Assembly (NCBI GenBank): GCA_964016885.1
Contig: OZ024741.1
Span: 198,400,001-198,464,000 of the forward strand
From: Eledone cirrhosa
Lineage: Eukaryota
DNA length: 64,000 bases
Reading direction: 5' to 3'
Position numbers and translations under genes: made by a program. This document shows positions 48,148-61,113 of this stretch, one piece after another. The notes beneath the pieces are model-generated. The model saw nothing but the letters and a program-made list of their open reading frames with translations. It was not told the DNA's origin and did no database searches. The stretch's first letter is position 1. Each line of letters starts with the position of its first letter.

Positions 48148-48929
48148 AACCAAGAAAGCTCGATTTAACCCAGGTGTAAATTTTAACGCCTACTGTATGT
48201 GGATTGTGCTATTTCACACTCATGCCTAAACTGTGTGAATGATTGATTAGTTTTTGCACCCGGTTGTCTCCCCCATTTAATTGCACCTCAATTAAGTGTG
48301 AAATGGCGACCTCTGGCCAACCACACATCAGTGAGTTGAGTTCGGTAGATTTCATCACACTTATTTGTATTATCTAACCAATCAGACAACTCAAGTGTTG
48401 TTCATTGAGCGAAATCACTCCTATTTATATCGGTCAAGTCCGACATAGGATCACACTTCTTTTTTTGGCTTTTGACAAGTGGTAGGTTTTTTTACTCTCA
48501 TAAGCTACTCCATGTTTCTGAAATGCATGCTTCTTCAACATTTGTCACCTTAAAGGAGGTTTAGTTAATGTGTTTATGGTCATAAGGTTCCAGTTTATCA
48601 TGCTGTGATTTTTCGGCCTTTTTTGCCTGTATCCTTTCAACTTATTGCTATGCTCAAACTCAACAAACATAGTGACACTTATATACCTACCATTGTAGCC
48701 ACACTATTTAATTTCCTTTATCACAGGTAGTCCATACGCTGCGTTGCTCCTAACTTAAAACCTGAAATTTGACTGGTACACAAAATCTTGCAAAACATAC
48801 CCACTTTCTCAGACCACATAGATTTATCACATTTTTTCACAATTTATATCCGTGTTTAGATTTGCTTACTTAAACGTTATTTGTCCACTATTTATCGTTC
48901 CTTCTGGTTAATTTTCTAAAAAGAAAAGA

Positions 48930-50642
48930 ACTTTCATTGGTCGATTATCTAATGATGCAAGTAGGTCTAAGCGACTGCGATCAGGCTCTCACAGAATGCT
49001 GTGCAGACGGGAGCTGCGAGAGCGGAGGAGGATGACAGTCGGCGTGAACTTGGACGGAACAAAGATGCTGCCGCGACTGCTGCTGCTCGCGCTCGAGAGG
49101 ATGAAGGACGACGCGCCGTTCAACGAAGCAGGGACGCCACTGCAACAGCCGCTGCTCGCGCTCAAGAGGATGAAGGACGACGCGCCGTTCAACTAAGCAG
49201 GGACGCCACTGTAACATCCGCTTCTCGCGCTCGAGAGGATGAAGGACGACGCACCATTCGACGAAGCAGGGACGCTGCTGCCACTGCTGCTGCATGAAAT
49301 ACTGAAACCATAGAGCAACAACATGGCCGACTTCTGCAAAGTGAACAGCGGCGATCATCGTTACGTGGCATTTCTAGGACTTGCAATTCACGATGGTTGT
49401 TGAAGGTCTTTAACTACGCTGTGCTTGCCTGGAAACCTTTATGTCTACAAGTCCCTTGACTCTATGGCTGATCCGGACGAAGTTGTTAATTACCCCCACA
49501 GAATTTCTTAACTCCCTAGACCCTCCCGGATTGCCACCACACTTACTGCGATTAAGAAAGGTGCCCCTGTCATGCTCCTCAGGAATTTGGAACACCGAAG
49601 GCTTTCCAACGGCATGCGTAAGGTCGTCCAAAAGGCGATGCCTCATGTTATTGAGGCAACAATACTTACAGGATGTGGTAAGGGGGATACTGTCTTCATA
49701 CCAAGGATACCTCTCATTCCATCCGGTAAAGACATTCCTTTCACATTCAGAAGGCTGCAATTCCCTCTCCAGCTCAGTTTCGCCATGTCGATTAACAAAT
49801 CACAGGATCAGACGCTGACGGTCGTAGGGCTTAATTTAGAAGAACCATGCTTCTCCCATGGTCAACTATATGTTGGCTGCTCTCGAGTGGGGAGCCGACA
49901 TAACCTATTTGCTTTTGCAACTCGCGAGAAAACCCAAAATATAGTCGATAAGGAAGTTTTGTAGGCACCCCATCTGCCAACAAGTAATCAGTGTTTTTTT
50001 TTTCCGTATAAGTGCTTACCTTTGCTGTATCCGTGTACTATTTTTGTCCTTTTGACAATACCACGTACGCCTCTGAGGTTGCTTTTGCTATACGTTATAA
50101 ATGTTCAATGTCTCCGTTTTCCGCATTTATATGTTGCTATTACGCTTTGCTATCGATGTTCCATAGTTTTAACCTAATTAATCTACTTTTCCCTACATCT
50201 TATTTACACATTTTTTTGACATTCCAGCGTGATCTTGCCAAGGCCGTTTTTGTGGCCACCGACTGTTACATGCTTTTATAGGTTACAATCTCAAATAACA
50301 AGCAAAGCAAATACGACACACCAAAGTGGCGTGAAGGACTTCTTAAGGGCCACCACCTCTAATGGGAGTCGTCTTTGCTGGCAGCACCGCCGCTGAGACT
50401 TTTAAGATTGAATGATCCAAGGCTCTCTTTAGGGCCACCAACTTTAAATTGTTACCATTGGATTCATCTTTGCTGGCAGCACCGCCGCAGAGATATTTCA
50501 AAGTGAACGTTCAAAGGCCCTCTTTAAGGCCAACACCTATAAATTGTTACTTCTATAGTCCTGTTTAACGGAAGTCTTTCGTTTCATTTGAACGACTACT
50601 CCATTGAGAGTTATACCAGGCAACACCGGGTACCTCTGCTAG
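48930..50642 (+). mobile_element. Internally deleted Helitron (Rep N-terminal repeats, PIF1-like helicase C-terminus, 3' terminus)
   Basis: 69-bp coding repeats RAREDEGRRAVQRSRDATATAAA. Helicase motifs FLNSLDPPGLPPH, MLLRNL, RLQFPL..FAMSINKSQ and FSHGQLYVGCSRV. The 3' end is hairpin ACCAGGCAACACCGGGT then CTAG|T. Confidence 0.88.
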
Positions 50643-51360
50643 TACTAGCTAAATATCTTTGGAGCTCTTTTTCTATATGTAAAAGTACAATTAACTACTC
50701 AAAGTAGGCTTCATAGACTTAATGAAATTCAATAACACCTAAACATGTCCTCTACCTGCAAACAAAGACCAAATTTTCCACGAAGTATATAAATTAATCT
50801 AGGTGTTGTTTTTTTTTCTGTGAGAATTGCTAACAGTTACCACTAAGTTTCTGTACCTTTTTTTTCCAACTAAAAGGCAGATTTCAATTAATTTGAAACT
50901 TTTTACATATATTATTCAGCCTTAACTTACATATTACAGTAATTTGTTTCCAACTAGATAAGAATATCTAATATCAACTCAATCAAAATCAAATGTCTTT
51001 CTAGAGAACAAAGTCTCATATATCTATACTTTAAATATTAGCTGGTTATATAACACCAGATGTTTAATGAGCTGCCTTGGTAAACTGGAATTTCCCACAA
51101 CAAAAAAACAACACTTGTATGTAATTCTAGCTTGTAAGAGTGGCTTAGTAAAAAAAATATGATACAAAACTCAGATTGTAACACTATGATTATCAACAAT
51201 GGTTAACTTCTTTCTTTCTTTTTTATTTTCTCTTTTAACTGACACACTATAATAAATAGTTGTCTGGAAAGTACAGAAAATGCTATACTTTGCTAGGGAG
51301 ATCTAGTAAGACTAAACTATGCCTAAGAGTTATTACACTGCTTTCTAAAGAGTAGATTAA

Positions 51361-51581
51361 CCCATTAGTGCTCAAACCGGCCAAAATCGGCCAGAATTCT
51401 CTCACCTCTTTCTGTTGAAACTGGCTGTAACTGGTCGCTCAAACTGATGTTAAGGTATTGTTCTCAAAATAAATACTTTCAAAATCTCATAGATTCAATA
51501 TTATGTGAGATAATTGTCTGAGGTAAAGCTTTTACCATGAAAATATAATAGTATATATAGAGTAATGTGAATGCTAAAAGG
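51361..51581. mobile_element. piggyBac-like MITE
   Basis: TTAA|CCCATTAGTGCTCA ... TGAATGCTAAAAGG|TTAA. Confidence 0.55.
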
Positions 51582-51809
51582 TTAAATTAATAAGTAATGA
51601 ATGCATTTATGTATGTAGCTGTAACTCCTGGGGGCACTGTAGTGACATTTTAAACCTGGCAGAGCCCATTCTTCTCCAGGTCTGGACACAGCTGATTTTG
51701 TCCAGAGAGAGAAAGAGAGAATGATAGAAAGGAAATGAGAAAAAGATATAGAGGAAGAATCAATCCCAGTATTGAATTGATATTGAAGCTCTGATGTCTG
51801 GCAACTGAC

Positions 51810-52225
51810 TTGGTAAACACTGACAAAATTAGTAACCATCTTGCCAACAATCCTGAGCACCTTTTTGAATTTCATGTGTCTAACACACGTGGGCATGCCT
51901 ACAATGTCAGAAAACAGCACAGCTCCCATGACTTTCAGAAATATTTTTCACACTCAGAGTTGCTGAAGCATGGAACAAACTATCTGCATCAGTTGTTAGC
52001 TGCTGAGACACTGCATCCTTCAAAACCTCCATGCTTCCTGAAATTCGCCAACACCACACCTGATATCCCCCTCAATACACACACACATGTATATCATGAC
52101 TCATACACTGTTCACTTTCCTGACATTTGTACATTATTCAATGTACTATACATGCACCTTTGACGAGTTGTAGTGCACCTGAGCACTGTACACAATAATT
52201 TCATTATCATTATTATATTATTATT
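51810..52225 (+). mobile_element. CR1-clade LINE 3' fragment
   Basis: NTRGHAYNVRKQHSSHDF..WNKL with an (ATT)n tail; homologous to 17155-17545. Confidence 0.85.
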
Positions 52226-52574
52226 ATATGTTTTTTTATTAATCTAAAAAGGGAGAAAGGCAAAGTTGACCTCAGTGGGTTTTGAACTCAGAATGTAGAG
52301 AGCTAGAAACACATACCACAAAGAATTCTATCTGACATTCTAATGACTGTGCCAATTAACTGCTTACAAATTAACATTTGTGCTAATGTTGATTTCTTGC
52401 CACATGTGGAATTCTAATTTTGAGATTCCAAAGTTGTCCCCACTACCTACCTAAATCAGATTGAAACATGTTTCCTCTCTTTGTTATAAGGGGAGTCATT
52501 TTAAGTGCGTTAGCTCTGACTTAACTATTTGCTTTAAACAAGGATGGTGCCTGGGTAATTTCCTCTTTCATTTT

Positions 52575-54192
52575 ACTATAAACTTTTCTGAATGGGATGT
52601 GACAATGGACTTGGTGGTGTAGGAATTATGTTAGCAGAAAAATGGGTAGATAAGGTACTTGCTGTAAATAGAGTGAATGACAGAATAACTAAAATAAAAC
52701 TAGTTCTAAATAGAACTACTGTGTCAATAATATCCACGTACGCACCCCAATCTGGTCTACCTGATGTTATAAAAGACAGGTTCTATGAGTCACTAATGCT
52801 CACTACCTCCCAAATAACCAACAGTGACTACATAATTATTGCTGGCGACCTTAATGGTCATGTTGGACAACATTGTGATGGCTATGACGGAATCCATGGA
52901 GGTTATGGGTTTGGTACTAGAAATGAGGAAGGCTTCAGGATCCTGGAATTCTGTGATGCCAATAACCTAAACTATCTGTAACACAAACTTCAAAATACGT
53001 GACAATCACTTGATCACCTACAGATCAGGGGAGCACACCAGCCAGATAGATTTTATTCTTACTAGAAAACGAGACAGAGTGTCTGTTATAAACACTAATT
53101 CCTCCCTTGGGAATGATGCACCTCCCAACATAGCCTAATAGTTAGTGACCTCATAGTCAGGGCTAGCCGTACTTGACGACAGAAGAATACCTTGAGGAAA
53201 AGAATATGGAAGTTGAAGAACCCCACAGCCAGTAACAAATATTACTTTATGCTTTTATCAGTAAGGAAGAGCAATTAGAGACGTACAATATAGAGGAACA
53301 GTGGGAATTCCTGAAAGATAACCTGCTGAAGGGGACTGATGAAATCTGTGGCTGGAGCAGACCGTTAGGTAGGAGGAGAGTGACATTGTGCTAGAACAGT
53401 AAGGTGAAGGAGTCAATCAAGGGCAAAAAGCTAACTTGGAAAAAATGGCAGGATGGGGGTAGTAAGAGAACACTATTAGGTGGCTAGGAGAGAAGCTAGG
53501 AGAAAAGCATACTTTGCAAAAAAGGAAGTAGAGGATAGAAAGTTCAAACATATTCTGCAATGAGAGAACCAAAAACATGAGGTCTTCAGGAGTGTGAGAC
53601 AATGTGTCAAGGAAAATTGTGGTATTGTCGGGGAGAAGTGTGTCCGTAATGACAATGGTACACTTTCCCTCACTAATAGTGATAAGAAGGTAGCTTGAAA
53701 GTTTCACTACGAGAGACCTCTCGATGAGGAGAATGAATGGGATAAAGATAATCTGCCCCAAATTGATCCAACAGAGCAACCAGCTGTGCAAGTTAATGGT
53801 AGTATAGTAAGTAAGGCAATCAAAAATATGAAGACAGGCAAGGTAGCTGGGCCTTTGGAGATAGTTGCTGAGATGTTGAAAGCATCTGCAATGGTGGGAC
53901 ATACTATGGTCTATGGTCACCCGGATAGTAAATCAAGTAATACAGAATGGGGTCATACTAAATGACTGGTGTAGCAGCATCGTTGTCAACTGTTACAATG
54001 GCAAAGGAGACGCCCTAGATAGAGGAAACTATAGAGGCATTAAGTTAGTTGACCAGGTCATGAAGGTCACAGAATGAGTTATTACACAACTGATTAGAGA
54101 CCGAATTGGGAAATGGCCATACTCAGTGTGTAAGAATGGGGTAGGTAGAAATTCCATTCTATGCCCCAAATGCAAACTATGGGTACATAAAA
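52575..54192 (+). mobile_element. Degenerate RTE LINE (APE plus linker, RT largely deleted)
   Basis: GVGIMLAEKWVDKV..YAPQSG..GDLNGHVG..SQIDF, the linker and NYRGIKL, then a jump into the PHD finger. Confidence 0.88.
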
Positions 54193-55227
54193 ATGCTTAT
54201 ACTGCAGATTTAAATCTTGAGTTCTAGCATTATTCATCCAGCAATTTGAATTTGTTGGTACCACCACATATTCAGCAAAGATACTCATCACTGCATGCCA
54301 TCCTGTTTTTGCTTTTTGCAAAATTTTCCCCTCCACTTTTGAGAAATGATGTGACAAGAGATTAACTGTGGGGATTGAACCTAACACTCAGAAAATCATT
54401 GTATGTACTCGAATATAAGCCTGTCTGTGAACTAGGCAGAAATCCAAACCCCATTTATAAGCCGAGGCAGCTAATCAATACATTATGTTTAGACAACTTT
54501 GAAATTCTCATGAGTGGAGAATATATTCATGAAGTTTAAATATTTGATATTTTAAATGTTTCAAGTGTCATTAAAAGTTCAAGTGTCATTTTTGTTTCAC
54601 AACGTCTAACTCATGCTAGCGTGGAAGATGGACGTTAAACAAAGATGATGATAATGATTTGTTACATAATGAACTTTTACCAATTTTGAAGGCTATATTC
54701 ATTCAAAACATATCAAGAACAATAAGAAAGATGAATTTCATGTTAAAAGTGAAACTCGTGTAATATTCACCTCCAAACTGAAAATATTTTAGTACCTTCT
54801 TTACATGGAATTTTAAAGTTGGTGAAAAATATTAACCTCAAATATAACTCACCCACCCCCATTTTACCAGGGATTTTTTATTTGTCATATATTTCTTGGC
54901 TTATATATGAGTATACACAGTAATTGCCTTTCCCTCATAAGCAAGTGATTCACTGGTACTCATTTTCCTGAGGACATCAGTGCAGAAGTAGATATCCTAC
55001 CATCTACCCTGGTTCAAGAGACCTACACAAATTATTCTGCAGGCTGTCAACCATTCTCTGATTGCCACCTTCAGTGAGAAATCTGTTACATTTGATCTGT
55101 CTTCAAAGAGTCTTCCAATAGGCTTTTGTCATTAAATTACTGACTAATTCTGAGAGCTGATCTTTTACATCATTTTGGCCTTTTTAGTGGATGCTAAACA
55201 TAATAGACTTGTTGATTCTACCACAAC

Positions 55228-55415
55228 CAGAGCTGGATTAGCCATTAAGCCAAATAAACACATACTTAGGGCATCGAGGGAAGTGAGGCATCATTTTGTT
55301 CAAATCAATTGTATTTGTCATTCCTCCCTGAAATGTTTTGGCTGACTTTATATGGGAGGTGGGCACCATAATCTTATAAGTGCTTAGGGCCATAAAAGGA
55401 CTTAATCCAACCCTG
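55228..55415. mobile_element. Small hAT-like MITE
   Basis: TIRs CAGAGCTGGATTA / TAATCCAACCCTG. Only a partial TSD (ACCA). Confidence 0.5.
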
Positions 55416-55559
55416 ACCATCCTGACCACCAGTCTTATTATGAGTTGCGTCAGCACTTGGCATCTTTTGTCAGCCCTATTTTCTTGAATTCTTCTTCTTC
55501 ATGCAAGTATAATGCTATTTTCCCTAAGTACTCTGACACTGCTTGCCCTGTGTTTAATA

Positions 55560-56075
55560 ATTGACCAGTGACTTACTCTGTTATTACTCTCACTATCATA
55601 ACTGATAGACCACATGGAATTATTTTTCCAAAACATGGTAATTTGCTCCTGATCATGTTAAGATTTCTAACACAGAGTTCAATCATACTCTGGACCAGGA
55701 CATCCACTTGCACAGTAGCAATTGGGGGGTCACTCCTTTATATGGTCCCTAAAATGGTTCTAAGTGACTGGCAAACTTATAATCACTATTGGATGCTTAA
55801 TACTGTACTAGACCTGTTAAGTATTCTATGTTATTTACAGGACTTCTTTTTGTGAAAATATTCTTGAAAATTGACTTAACCATGTTTACCTATTGAGCCA
55901 GATGACATTCCTGAAATCACCATTATAACTCCTTTCTGCCTTTTTGAATTCCTTTGAATGTTATTCTGTTTACAAAATGCAGCTCAGATGTTTCGGTGCT
56001 GAATTAGTTCTGTGATTTGTGGTTTACATTTTGTTTGTGCTTATATGGATGATTTGTTAGTTGCCAGTAAATCTG
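55560..56075 (+). mobile_element. Degenerate Gypsy RT fragment
   Basis: SSNW..LYMVPK..DW..LN..KIDL..DDIPEITIITPFCLFEF..LQNAAQMF..AYMDDLLVAS. Confidence 0.75.
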
Positions 56076-56099
56076 GCAGAGTGTCCAAAATCACCCTCC

Positions 56100-56615
56100 T
56101 CATTAAAAAAGCTTGCTGGGGTTGCCAATTTGGTCATCAAAAGGTTTCCTTGAGAGGACAAGCATCTCAGTTTTCACAGCACTGATTTTCATTCTAGCCA
56201 TGCAACAGTTGGTATCAAACCTATCAAGTGTATGTCGGAGATCACTTTCTGTCAAATGAAGTAACACCATATTGTCATCCATGCAAAATCCAATCAACTG
56301 ATTTTACACCTGTCAGTCATGATACCACATCCAACCTGGCTGTCCATGTCAATCCTGTAAATAATGAACAGGAGAGGTGACAGTATGCACCCTTGGCAGA
56401 GTCCAACTCCCACATTGAATGGTTTCGATTTAGCACCATTTATCCGAACACAAATATTTGGGCATTCAAAAGAAACATCAGGGTAACAAAAAGCTGACTA
56501 TCAATCCCATACTCCTGCAGAACCTTCCACAACAGGTCCTGAGGAACGCGGTCATATGCCTTTTCAAGGTTGACAAAATAAGAATATACCTCTTGGTAAT
56601 ACTCCCATTGTATTG
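56100..56615 (-). mobile_element. Degenerate RTE RT fragment (different family)
   Basis: FVNLEKAYDRVP..GVGLCQGCILSPLLFII..MKISAVKTE. Confidence 0.75.
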
Positions 56616-56682
56616 GGGGGGGGGGGCAAAAACATACTGTTCATCAAACCATCTTACTTATTTTATAATAAGTGGGCAAAGG

Positions 56683-56772
56683 AGGAGGAGGGGGAGGAGA
56701 AGGAGAAGGAGAAGAAGAAGAGGAAGAGGAAGAAGAAGAAGAAGAAGAAGAAGAAGAAGAAGAAGAAGAAGA
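56683..56772 (+). repeat. (GGA/GAA)n purine microsatellite
   Basis: Directly visible. Confidence 0.9.
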
Positions 56773-56776
56773 TATA

Positions 56777-56975
56777 TCTATATATCTAAAACAGAGAATG
56801 TCTGTCTGTCTGTCTGACTCCCTAAAACTTGAGAACCACCCAACCGATTTTTTTAAAACTTTACACATGTAATACTTATGGTTGTGTGAGTGTTTTGAGC
56901 AAAAATATTTCAAATTTTCAATGCCCTAGGGACCGCATTAGGCGCCGTTTAGCGATCTCTCTATAATTCTTAGTT
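56777..56975 (+). mobile_element. Non-autonomous Helitron 5' end
   Basis: A|TCTATATATCTAAAACAGAGAATG(TCTG)n...CCAACCGATTTT..AAACTTTACACA, typical of microsatellite-bearing Helitron 5' termini. Confidence 0.55.
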
Positions 56976-56989
56976 TGTCTTTTTAGGTA

Positions 56990-57283
56990 GATACATTGTG
57001 AGTTTAATTCTCAGACCAGGTGATGTGTTGTTTCCTTGAGCAAGACACTTTATTTCACATTGCTCCAGTTTACTCAGCTGTAGAAATAAGATGATAGGGA
57101 CTGGGGTCCATATCATTCCACTGTAAAGTGGACGCGTAGGCGCCACGCAAAAAAAGCACCCAGCACTCACTGTAAATGAAGTTGGTGTTAGGAAGGGCAT
57201 CCAGCTGTAGAAATCAAGCTAGAATCAGTTCCCGTCCCACCCTTGCAAGCAGGAAAAAGCGGACGTATGATGATGATGATGAT
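56990..57283 (+). mobile_element. SINE family B with RTE-type tail
   Basis: Near-identical to 333-621. Confidence 0.8.
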
Positions 57284-57738
57284 AACTACAACGTCGCGCC
57301 CTTATAATATCTGTCTGTATGTCTGGCTGCCTGCATTACGACATTATGACGCTATCTCTGTGTGTGTGTATATATGTATATATAGTGTGTATATATATAT
57401 ATAGTGTGTAACGTTTTTCGAAATATTTACTTCTGCATTCACAGATTGATTTTTTTAGTTTCAGAAGATCCCGTTAAGGGTGAAAGCAGCGATTCTTCGC
57501 TTAAACATTAATCTGTTATTTTAATCTGTTCTTATATATATATATATAACAGTATAGAGAAGTACAGAATACCTCGGCATCGGGATGGTGTCTACATTTT
57601 GTGCTTATAAAAAAAAAATTGTCGTAGATTACCAGGGTTTTTTCCGTGCGAAGAAAATCAATACTTTATCGCGAAATAAATACTTTTGTTTATATTTTGT
57701 TATTGTGTATGCAAAAATATCTGTACACGAATATATAA

Positions 57739-58075
<337 letters not shown>

Positions 58076-58078
<3 letters not shown>

Positions 58079-58629
58079 GATAAATCTACCAAGAGTTTAC
58101 GGTAGTGTCCAATCCGTATGAAGAACTCAATGTATTCCGGATATCATGGAAAGAAGAGATGTAATGAAAAATCACTTTCGGTGAAAGATAAACGGTATAC
58201 AGAGTCAAGATAAAATATTAAACAAATAATGAATAAAACAATGAAACAGTTCCTTATATTAAACAAAAAAAGTTCATTATTTAACGATCGTTTCTAGGAT
58301 ATATATGTGTTAGAATTGGCATGCATATTCAACAGATCTATGTACAAAATTATACAAAATTATACAAACTATCAAGATTAAATATACATACCAACACATA
58401 TATACGCCGTCTTCATTTATTTCTGAAGACGGCGTATATATGTGTTGGTATGTATATTTAATCTTGATAGTTTGTATAATTTTGTATAATTTTGTACATA
58501 GATCTGTTGAATATGCATGCCAATTCTAACACATATATATCCTAGAAACGATCGTTAAATAATGAACTTTTTTTGTTTAATATAAGGAACTGTTTCATTG
58601 TTTTATTCATTATTTGTTTAATATTTTAT
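58076..58629. mobile_element. Inverted Penelope pLTR-like structure: perfect palindrome with hammerhead
   Basis: Arms at 58210-58415 and 58424-58629 (206 bp each) with an 8-nt loop. Hammerhead core at 58417-58562 (+). Confidence 0.7.
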
Positions 58630-58649
58630 ATATATATATATATATATAA

Positions 58650-58699
<50 letters not shown>

Positions 58700-58701
<2 letters not shown>

Positions 58702-60824
58702 AATGAATAATAACAGGTAGACGTCATAAAAAGGTAATTTATTCCGTGTGCTTACAAGTGTTTCCACGGTGGTACTACAGCCTAGTTATGCTATGTGCAA
58801 ATTTACAAGTATTTGCAGAACTCAAATATCCAATGCTGTGACCACTGTATCCTCAGAGCAGAATGGTAAAATGTACAATGTAAATACCCTTAAGTGGGGT
58901 TGTTGGGGAAGATAGAGTAGAAAAGGGAGAGAGAAAAAGTAGGGGAGAGGGAGAGAGAGAGAAAGATATGCAGGGGTTGGAGAAGTAGGAGAGAGTGGTT
59001 TGTAGATATCTTAATCAAAATGTTATGGTAGGGGTTTTATTATACTGGTTACTTTTGGAGAGATGCGTTGATAGTTAAGGTCGGAATTATTTATTGCCCC
59101 AGAGGGCAGGTTCATAGATGTGGAGAGGGAGGTAGGCCAAATGCGAGAGAGAGAGAGTGTGTAATGGATGTAGAGAGAGAGGTAGAGAGGGGACAGACGA
59201 AGTTTATGTGGTGAGTGAACTTTGGGTTTGTAGTAGTAATCTATGAATTGCACTGAGTTACCATTTATAGTGATAAGCAGTGTATTGTCTTGTAGTGTGG
59301 GGGGGGGGGAAGAGAAGGTGGTTAGCTAGAAAGCGATGTTATAGTTACGGGTTCGAATGTTAAGTTATTTTATAGTGAGAGAATTTAGCTTTTAGTTTGT
59401 GGTTGCAGTATAATGATCGTTCAATTCTATTGTTAAGTAGTTTGTTTTTGGATTTTAATATGTAAAAGAGTTCAAGGTTACATAACCTGCAGTACTTCAA
59501 TCCACTCCGGTATGCACTTGCGCTGGAAAGTATATCCCATTTTAAGGTGAACTGTTGGTTGCGTTCACGGAGTTGCCAGGTCTTGTTGGCGAGCGTGGTC
59601 ACAAAACGGTGATTAGGATGTTTGATTGAGAATCGATGACGGTACCAGCGAGATTTAAACGAGGTGGTGGTAGATCCGATATAATACCATTTCTGGTCGT
59701 TCTATTCAACCGTGCATTAGTAAACAATGTTGGACTTTAGGCATTCATTCTTCAATGGACATCTTTCAGGTAGATGGCAGTTACATTCTTTGTTGTGGGT
59801 AGCGGGTATACCATGGATAGGTTGTGATAGCGGTACAGGTGGATTGTGTAATACCCGTCTCCCATTTAGTGGTTGGGAGGCAGATATTACGTTCTGCCCA
59901 TCTGTTACTAAAATGTTTTGTTTTGTAGAGTTGTTTAATTGCCTTAAGTTAAGTTTTTTTTATGTATGCTTCAAGGTTTGGTGCCGTGGAGTATGATAGT
60001 CTAATAGTTTTAGAGTTCAGAATTTTGCTGTATTTATGGGAACTAGGGAAATGTTTGTTGATTAACTTAAAGAATGAAAGAGATAGTTTTGTACTAATCG
60101 AGGCATTAAAAATAGGATTGTACCAGATATACTTTCTACAACGTGATTTATTTGGTGGTGATTTTCTATTATTAGTATGTCTGGTAGTACTGTGTGTGTG
60201 CGCTTGTATTTTAGTCCCCCGGTTACGTATTCCTTGATTTCGTGTAGAGCTATGTGTGTTATGGAAATTCCTATCAATGTATTCTATTGTATCCCGGTGG
60301 TCGGCCTTCCTTAATGCATTATTGTAGTATTCAGCGTGTTCACTAAAAATATCAGAGTTAGACGATAGGCGAGAGATTCTAAGAGAAATACTCCGGGGAA
60401 CTGATTTGATCATGGAGAGAGGGTGGTTTGAGTTAAAGTTAATATACGTAAGGTTCTCATTCATCTTGTGGAAGGGTCGTATCTGTCCGGTATTTAAATT
60501 AAGAGTTACGTCCAGAAAGTTTACTACTTTAAGATTGTATTCGTATGTTATTTTTAGACCCAGTTCACTAAAAGATTTTCTAATATTTTTCCGTAGCCTT
60601 TCAAGATTTTGGTTATTCAAGTTATTAACTAATAAGAGCCCGTCATCTCTGTATATCCCCCCCTGTAGATTACTAAATTTACTATGTAATATGTGGGCTA
60701 TGTGAATTCCCACGAGATCCGTGACCTTCGCTAAGTCGTTGGAACCCATGGTAATGTCGAAATTTGTGGGTCTGTCCTTACGTTCCCAGTAGCAGTTATC
60801 AAACTTAATAATGGTTTTTCTAGC
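58700..60824 (-). mobile_element. Penelope-like element (Neptune/Naiad-type RT plus GIY-YIG), 3' part
   Basis: FDITMGS, IYRDDGL, FLDVTLNL, SNHP, WYNP, CNC..CPL..C, IVY..YYIGSTT and CRLCNLE..LLN..C.H. Hammerhead at 58749-58860. Confidence 0.9.
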
Positions 60825-61113
60825 TGTGGTTAGAAAAAGCTATCTCACTTACCGCTTTTCACAGGCGCCGCTAAATTCCGCTGCAGGTACTCCTCTTCCA
60901 CGTGCGTCCGACTGCTTAAAACCGGGAGCTGCCCAAAACGCGTCCTCACCGTATGCTGGTCACCACTAGAGAGAGGCCCTCTCCTGGCCCTTCCGGTCGA
61001 GCATCCTTCCGGTCAAAGACCCCTTCCGGTCGAGCACTCAAAAACCCCTCCGGTCGAGCACCCCCCCCCCGCAGCCACCGCACGCCACACCATACCCACA
61101 CGCCCCCCTGATC

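Noticed and set aside
49060-49295. CRISPR-like or regulatory array
   Set aside because: These are contiguous 69-bp in-frame coding repeats without unique spacers, in a eukaryotic context.
49572-49964. Host PIF1 helicase gene
   Set aside because: Frameshifted, intronless fragment between Helitron Rep repeats and a Helitron 3' terminus.
56672-56872. Poly-Glu or poly-Arg protein ORFs
   Set aside because: Translation of a (GAA)n microsatellite.
59690-59730. In-frame stops in the Naiad-like GIY-YIG region considered as selenocysteine codons
   Set aside because: They are TAA and TAG, not TGA, and the element is frameshifted and interrupted.
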